A stretch of DNA of 64,000 nucleotides from Eledone cirrhosa (taxonomy: Eukaryota). The stretch covers positions 26,412,001-26,476,000 of the forward strand of contig OZ024746.1 of assembly GCA_964016885.1 (NCBI GenBank), given 5' to 3'. The notes beneath the pieces were generated by a model. The model ran no database searches, had not been told where the DNA came from, and worked only from the letters and a program-made list of their open reading frames with translations. How positions within the stretch are numbered: position 1 is the first letter of the stretch; each line of letters begins with the position of its first letter. Positions 53,356 to 64,000 of this stretch are shown here, piece after piece. The position numbers and the translations under genes are program-made.

Positions 53356-53885
53356 GTGTAAACACCTAGCCCAGACTCACTATACAGGCTGTAGACATGA
53401 TATGATAGGAAAGGTGATTCACTGGCATCTATGCAAACTAAACAATTTACCACATTCTGAGAAGTGGTATGAGCATAAGCCAGAGCCGGTGATAGAAAAC
53501 AATCAAGTGTAGGTGCTATGGGACAAGAAATTAGAACACAATAGGTCTGACCTGGTGGTTATTGAGAAGGAGAAAAGATCGTGCCTGATTGTAGATGTAG
53601 CCTGCCCGTTTCACTCGAGAGTGCAAGAAAAGTAAAGGGTGAAAATTAACTGATACCAGGATTTAAAGTGATAGTTAAAAAGGATTTGGATGTGTCATGA
53701 GATCAAGGTGGTCCCGATTGTCATAGGCGCACTAGGTACTATCTCAAAGAGTTTCCAAGGATGGTTAAAGAAGATTAGTTCAGCCCCGTTTTTATGGAAC
53801 AATTCAAAGGCATGCTTGCTGGGAACAGCAAGAACCCTCCGATACGTCCTGAATATCTGAGGCTTTAGATAGCCGTTAGATATTC
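53356..53885 (+). pseudogene. R4/Dong-like LINE restriction-like endonuclease 3' fragment
   Basis: CKHLAQTHY..RHDMIGKVIHWHLC..WYEHKPEPVIEN..RSDLVVIEK..IVDVACPF..VVPIVIGALG..ACLLGTARTLR, with stops. Confidence 0.75.
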
Positions 53886-54289
53886 ATTTGAACAAACTTT
53901 CCAGTTAAATAACTGTTTCTATTTTAGGCACAAGGCCAGCAATTAACCAGTGCATTACTGGTACTTTATTTTATCGACCCCGTAAGGATGAAAGGCAAAG
54001 TCAACCTCGGCGGGATTTGAACCCAGATCGTAAAGGGACGTAACTATGCTGGAAAGCATGGCGTCCGACTCTCTACCGATACTGCCAATCCACCGCCCTC
54101 TTTCCAGTTAAATAACATCAATGACTGAGACTCAAAGACGGCACAGGACGATACAATGTTACTCATGAAGAAATCCTACATAAGTCACGGTCACCCTGGC
54201 TGCTAAGGCAAGTGCCCTCTCCCAGTTATCTTCCTTCAATATTACAGGCACACCCTCAGGGCAGGCCCATTCACATGGGGCATTCTTGC

Positions 54290-55640
<1,351 letters not shown>

Positions 55641-55954
55641 GAGACGATATATGTATATATATATATATATATGTGTGTATGTGTGTGTGAGTGTGAGTGT
55701 GTGAGTGTGTGTGTGTTTGTGTGTGTGTGTGTGGTTGATGGCCGAGAGAAAAGAGTACGCAAAACCGAGGTAGACTTTTAGTATTCATATTATTAAGGCT
55801 AAAAAGTGAGTTTCGTTACTCTAGAGTTTCACCTGTTTCACCTATTTGTCGAAAGTAAGGATTTCTTTTATATATCCCACAAAATATGTGCGCGTGCGTG
55901 TATTATATACATATATATGTGTGTGTATATATGAATGACATCTGTGTGTGAGAA

Positions 55955-56875
55955 ACGTGTCCCAACGACTTTTTTTAGCCGTTGTTCGCACCAACCTGAG
56001 GTATATTGCCCTTAAAGCGATGAAATGCCTGGGACGGTTGGAGGGTCACTGATGAAGGACTTACTTTTTCATATGCACCCCATTTGCAACGCGCAGCCAT
56101 CATTATTATCATATTTACACATAATTTTTCTTCTGCTGCTACCCGTCTGTTTCGTTCTTTGTATCTTTACCCTCTCTAGCAGTCTCTCTCTCTGTTAGCC
56201 TCCTCCTCAACTTTCACTCACTCATTCTCTGTCACTACCTCTCCTCCTCCTCCTCCTCCTCCTCTTTCCTCCTCTTTCTTCCCGTTTGACCTGTGTGTAA
56301 TTCTTTTCTCGCGCGTTCTTGGTCAAGCCGGTATGAAATTTTTTTTCTCTCTCTCTCTTTCGTCTGCGACTTCACAAAACTTATGTTTACCGAATTCGTA
56401 AACCAGACCCCTTCTTCTTCTTCTTCTTCTTCTTCTTCTTCTTCTTCTTCTTCTTCTTCTTCTTCTTCTTCTTCTTCTTCTTCTTCTTCTTCTTCTTCTT
56501 CTTCTTCTTCTCCCCGTTAGACCTGTGCGAAATTCCTTCCTTGCTCACATTTCATCCAGGTTTGATGGTCTTTTGTCTCTTGTTCACGATTTCACCGAGT
56601 TTATATTCATAGAAATCTGGGACTTGTCTATTTCTTCTCACTTTCCGTTGCTTAAACCATTTTATTTGTTACCCTAACGTCCCCTTTATTTACGTGTCCC
56701 AACGACTTTTTTTAGCCGTTGTTCGCACCAACCTGAGGTATATGGCCCTTAAAGCGATGAAATGCCTGGGACGGTTGGAGGGTCACTGATGAAGGACTTA
56801 CTTTTTCATATGCACCCCATTTGCAACGCGCAGCCATCATTATTATCATATATATATATATATACATATATGTGC

Positions 56876-56913
<38 letters not shown>

Positions 56914-57122
56914 AAGTAAGTCCTTCATCAGTGGCCTTCCAACCGTCCTAGGCATTTCATCACTTTAAAGGCCATATACCTCAGGTTGGTGCGAACAACG
57001 GCTAAAAAAAGTCGTTGCGACACGTAAATAAAGGGGACGCTGGGGTGAACAAACAAAATGGTTTAAGCAACAGAAAGTGAGAAGAAAGAGACAAGTCCCA
57101 GATTTCTATGAATATAAACTCG

Positions 57123-57126
<4 letters not shown>
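55955..57126 (+). mobile_element. Non-coding element with direct repeats (55955-56114, 56692-56852) and an inverted copy (56906-57126); related to 2590-2735(-)
   Basis: Near-identical direct repeats containing cactgatgaaggac; 56594-56811 is the reverse complement of 56906-57126. Confidence 0.6.
56411..56511. repeat. (TTC)n microsatellite; many others present, e.g. (TA)n at 24821, 30962, 39630, 54325, 57127-57525, (AAAG)n at 55125, (CA)n at 62680
   Basis: Direct inspection. Confidence 0.95.
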
Positions 57127-57194
<68 letters not shown>

Positions 57195-57297
57195 CATACA
57201 TATATATATACATATATATATAGATGTATGTATATATATATAGAGATATGCGTGTATATATGTATATATATATATATATATACAAACATGTACATAC

Positions 57298-57352
<55 letters not shown>

Positions 57353-57422
57353 TATATATATATATATATGTGTGTGTATATATATATATATATAAATATA
57401 TACATACATACATGTACATACA

Positions 57423-57454
<32 letters not shown>

Positions 57455-57456
57455 CA

Positions 57457-57591
<135 letters not shown>

Positions 57592-58872
57592 GTGTGTGTG
57601 TGTGTTTATATATATATATAAACAACAAGATAATTATTTCATTTACCAAAGGTTTCACGAAGACAGACAAGCCTGAGACAGACGTCTGCGCCAGGATCGT
57701 CTGTCTTCATGAAACCTTTGATAAATGAAATAATTATCTTATGTTGTTTATATATATATATATATATGTTTGTATGTATGTATACATATATATATATACA
57801 TATATATGTGTATGTGTATGTGTGTGTTTGTAGATATAATGAAGGCGTGTGGCTGAGTGGTTAGAGAATTGTGTTCGCAATCGTGGGGTCGTGATCTCAA
57901 TTCCCGGACTGGGCGACGCCTTATGTCCTTGGGCGAGAGACTTTTTTCACGTTGCTCCTTCAATAAAGTTGTCACACTTCCTTTCAATGAGATGTGACAA
58001 CTTTACTCTCCAATTTGAAATATATTACGATATTTAATTGTTTATTTTTCAATTGTATTTCATGTCACTAAGAAAGATGAATGAGTCATAAAATACTATA
58101 GTTTTGTTAATGTGAAGTTCTGTTGTAGTGATGAAATTTCATAGTCTAGATCAGCGCTCCACTACCTTTATGAGTAATGGACCGGTGACTCATTAATCAT
58201 ATCTAACAATTGTGCCTCAATGTCCTCCATGTCGATGGCAGTATCGGTAGAGGGTCGGACGCCATGCTTTGCAGCAAAGAGTTACGGCCCTTGCCATTCT
58301 GAGTTCAAATCCCGCCGAGGTTAACTTTGCTTTTCATCCTTACAAGGGTCGATAAAATAAAGTACCAGTAATGTACTGTGTAATTGCTGGCCTTGTGCCA
58401 AAAGTAGAAACAATTATTTCATAAATTCATCTAATTATCATTCTAACCAAAGAGGAATCATAGTTACTTATTTAACTACAGCCTCTCCTTAACACTTTAG
58501 TATTTAGAGAGGGAGAGAGAAAGTTAGAGAGAGAGAGAGAGAGAAAGTTAGAGAGAGAGAGAGAGAGAGAGGAATACATTGATAGCTATAGCTGTACACA
58601 TAGCTAGATATATAACAAAACATAATTTCATGCACCTTGTTGGCTGTGTCCTCGGGTTTTTCCAGATTTAGAGGGCTGTGGACTCATGCTGCTATCATAC
58701 AGCAATTACTTGAAATCAAAGAACATGGCTTTAGATTAGTTTTAAACATTGGGTAAAACATTTCCTATTACTGGCAAGTGTACCACCTTCCTCTACCTTC
58801 CCAACCCATGTCGTAACACCCTACATTCGCCTCCCACGAGCGAACAGACCAACCTTCCACATCCATATCCTA

Positions 58873-60960
58873 ACAACAAACACCCAGTCCACAATGTAAA
58901 GTGGTCCTGTAGGTGTCACAACAAAAAGCACCCAGTCCACAATGTAATGTGGTCCCGTAGGTGTCACAACAAAAAGCACCCAGTCCACAATGTAAAGTGG
59001 TCCTGTAGGTGTCACAACAAAAACCACCCAGTCCACAATGTAAAGTGGTCCTGTAGGTGTCACAACAAAAAGCACCCAGTCCACAATGTAAAGTGGTCCC
59101 GTAGGTGTCACAACAAAAAGCACCCAGTCCACAATGTAAAGTGGTCCTGTAGGTGTCACAACAAAAAGCACCCAGTCCACACTGTAAAGTGGTCCTGTAG
59201 GTGTCACAACAAAAAGCACCCAGTCCACAATGTAAAGTGGTCCCGTAGGTGTCACAACAAAAAGCACCCAGTCCACAATGTAAAGTGGTCCTGTAGGTGT
59301 CACAACAAAAAGCACCCAGTCCACAATGTAAAGTGGCCCTGTAGGTGTCACAACAAAAAGCACCCAGTCCACAATGTAAAGTGGTCCCGTAGGTGTCACA
59401 ACAAAAAGCACCCAGTCCACACTGTAAAGTGGTCCTGTAGGTGTCACAACAAAAAGCACCCAGTCCACAATGTAAAGTGGTCCCGTAGGTGTCACAACAA
59501 AAAGCACCCAGTCCACAATGTAAAGTGGTCCTGTAGGTGTCACAACAAAAAGCACCCAGTCCACAATGTAAAGTGGCCCTGTAGGTGTCACAACAAAAAG
59601 CACCCGGTCCACAATGTAAAGTGGCCGTGTAAATGTCACAACAAAAAGCACCCAGTCCACACTGTAAAGTGGTCCTGTAGGTGTCACAACAAAAAGCACC
59701 CAGTCCACAATGTAAAGTGGTCCTGTAGGTGTCACAACAAAAAGCACCCGGTCCACAATGTAAAGTGGCCGTGTAAATGTCACAACAAAAAGCACCCAGT
59801 CCACAATGTAAAGTGGTCGTGTAGGTGTCACAACAAAATGCACCCAGTCCACAATGTAAAGTGGTCGTGTAGGTGTCACAACAAAAAGCACCCAGTCCAC
59901 AATGTAATGTGGTCCTGTAGGTGTCACAACAAAAAGCACCCAGTCCACAATGTAAAGTGGCCTGTAGGTGTGACAACAAAATGCACCCAGTCCACAATGT
60001 AAAGTGGTCGTGTAGGTGTCACACCAAAAAGCACCCAGTCCACAATGTAAAGTGGTCCTGTAGGTGTCACAACAAAAAGCACCCAGTCCACAATGTAAAG
60101 TGGCCTGTAGGTGTCACAACAAAAAGCACCCAGTCCACAATGTAAAGTGGTCCTGTAGGTGTCACAACAAAAAGCACCCGGTCCACAATGTAAAGTGGCC
60201 GTGTAAATGTCACAACAAAAAGCACCCAGTCCACACTGTAAAGTGGCCATGTAAGTGTCACAACAAAAAGCACCCAGTCCACAATGTAAAGTGGCCGTGT
60301 AAATGTCACAACAAAAAGCACCCAGTCCACACTGTAAAGTGGCCGTGTAAGTGTCACAACAAAAAGCACCCAGTCCACAATGTAAAGTGGCCGTGTAGGT
60401 GTCACAACAAAATGCACCCAGTCCACAATGTAAAGTGGTCGTGTAGGTGTCACAACAAAAAGCACCCAGTCCACAATGTAATGTGGTCCTGTAGGTGTCA
60501 CAACAAAAAGCACCCAGTCCACAATGTAAAGTGGCCCTGTAGGTGTCACAACAAAATGCACACAGTCCACAATGTAAAGTGGTCCTGTAGGTGTCACAAC
60601 AAAAAGCACCCAGTCCACAATGTAAAGTGGCCCTGTAGGTGTCACAACAAAATGCACCCAGTCCACAATGTAAAGTGGCCCTGTAGGTGTCACAACAAAA
60701 TGCACCCAGTCCACAATATAAAGTGGTCCTGTAGGTGTCACAACAAAAAGCACCCAGTCCACAATGTAAAGTGGCCCTGTAGGTGTCACAACAAAAAGCA
60801 CCCGGTCCACAATGTAAAGTGGCCGTGTAAATGTCACAACAAAAAGCACCCAGTCCACAATGTAAAGTGGCCGTGTAAGTGTCACAACAAAAAGGACCCA
60901 GTCCACACTGTAAAGTGACTGTGTAGGTGTCACATGAAAAAGCAGTCACTAGTCGCTGTA
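58873..60960. repeat. Minisatellite, ~43 copies of a 48-bp unit (acaacaaaaagcacccagtccacaatgtaaagtggtcctgtaggtgtc)
   Basis: Head-to-tail units with few substitutions and two 47-bp units (~59960, ~60103); the unit matches the retroposon motif seen at 107-190 and 3812-3890. Confidence 0.95.
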
Positions 60961-62595
60961 AATATGGTTGGCCTTTATATTACGACCACATAACAGTATT
61001 AGACTTTGGGGTTCCCCAAAAGGTTTCTGAACCAAAAAGAGTTCCGCTTTTGAAAAAGGTTTGGGCAACCCTCCTATAGATCCTCCACCTCTTGCTGTCA
61101 GCTGATAGGATGGAGAACACACTGCCTCGGAGGACGGTGAGGGAGACATGCTGGAATAGCCACACCACATAGTGGGGCTTGCACTAGGGGACAGCTAACT
61201 ACGCTCCGATATCAGTGATCAGGGATGTGGTCTTGTTTTGTCAAGCAAGACAGAAGTCTCCAATGGTTGTTAATTGATGATGATGATGATAATTGATGAT
61301 GATGATGGTGATGAAGATGGTATGCTCTAACTATTCACCCAAATCCACCACTCCCTGGTCTGGCACTTGAGACAAAGTTGACAGTAGTGGAATTTTTACC
61401 AAGAGCACAAAGAGCTAGAACCGACACCAAGGTCGACTCCAGAGTAAACAATTATCATTTACTAAATAAAGAATATTTTTTAATATTCTTTATTTAGTAA
61501 ATGATAATTGTTTACTTTCAGTTATGTTTCAACATTTATGGAAACTGACATATATTTTACTATTACTATGACAGTGTGATGCTGTGTAGGAGGTCACATG
61601 TATTGTAACACTTCCGTCTTATGTTTCACAATGTAAGTGTGGAATATCCCAAGAATTGTGGTATTTTCTCAGCGGAAGTTATGGAATATGGAAAAGAAAA
61701 AAAAACAACAAAACAATACACAATAAATTAAACGCGAATTTCTTTATCAGAAGAAATTGAAAATATTACAATATGAAAAACACAAATCTTTTAACATAAA
61801 TAGCATTTACTTCTTAGCATCAAAATCTTTGTTGGAAGTTTTGGCACTGAGAGAAGCATAATATATATAAAACCAAGATTTGTGTTTGTGTGTGATTCTA
61901 AATGTTTTAAATGACACTTCTACGAAATAAATGTTTCCCATCAATGAAATAAAGTAAAATAGACTTTTGACCTAAAATTAAGATAATAGTGATTCATTGT
62001 TACACTTAACTACTCTCTCCTTCTCCCTCCACTCACACATCCTCCATCCTACATATTACTTTCACTCTCTCCCCCCTCCCCCTCTCCCCCTCTCTCACTT
62101 AACTTTCTCTTTTTTCTCTCACCATCCTCTCACTCCGTCCTTCTCTCCCTTTACTTTTATCTCTCCTACTAAAATTGGGATTATAAATAGATACGCCGGT
62201 CTCTACAACTGAAAGTAAATCTATTCTCATCCAAATAGTAAACTATGGATGTTGGGAACTTTCAAATTCTCCATCTTCAATATATATCAACGGTATTTCC
62301 AAATATATAAGTTTCATTGGTAAGTATATAAAGTCACATTATAATCTGAGCTCAAATCCCGCCGACGAGGTTAACTTTGCCTTTCATCCTTATGGGGTCG
62401 ATAAAATAAAGTACCAGTCACGCACTGAGGTCGATTTAATCGACTTTCCCCTCCCCCCAAATTACTGGCCTTGTGCCTATATAAGAAACCATTATAATTC
62501 TATTGACTATCATTTATTAATTGTATTCAAAAGAGTACAAGCAAATTTACTGACTTCTCACATTTATATTTCCTCTAACAAATTTATAAAATATC

Positions 62596-64000
<1,405 letters not shown>

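Noticed and set aside
58749-60949. Long Cys/His-rich ORFs on both strands, or a CRISPR-like array
   Set aside because: The 48-bp unit is a multiple of 3 and stop-free in several frames, so the ORFs are by-products. There are no unique spacers and no cas genes, and the context is eukaryotic.

Overview
AT-rich, microsatellite- and retroposon-dense eukaryotic genomic DNA. The SINE/RTE repertoire suggests an octopod cephalopod (inference). Manual splicing recovers four host genes that the ORF track fragments or misses. (1) A two-exon Harbinger/HARBI1-like gene in which all three DDE catalytic residues are replaced (5482-9930, +). (2) A CIDE-N-domain gene (15831-18808, -). (3) A DFFA/ICAD-like gene (22801-26700, -). 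(4) A five-exon gene (39546-42709, +) for a 240-aa secreted protein with a 20-aa signal peptide, four predicted amphipathic helices and intron phases 1-0-0-0. This is the architecture of long-chain class-I helical cytokines (IL-6/G-CSF/GH type) and is the best candidate for an undescribed system here. Its promoter, exon 1 and intron 1 are duplicated at 61481-64000, so a tandem paralog begins at the window end; there a SINE has displaced the TATA box and supplies a new TATA-like motif at identical spacing. Several minimal type-I hammerhead ribozyme motifs lie in palindromic or direct-repeat Penelope-like non-autonomous elements. The rest is a near full-length Tx1-type LINE with truncated copies, RTE, HERO-, CRE- and R4-like relics, a non-autonomous Helitron, many tRNA-derived SINEs, a tRNA-Gln pseudogene and a 2-kb array of 48-bp units. 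Family assignments come from motif recognition by eye; no searches were run.
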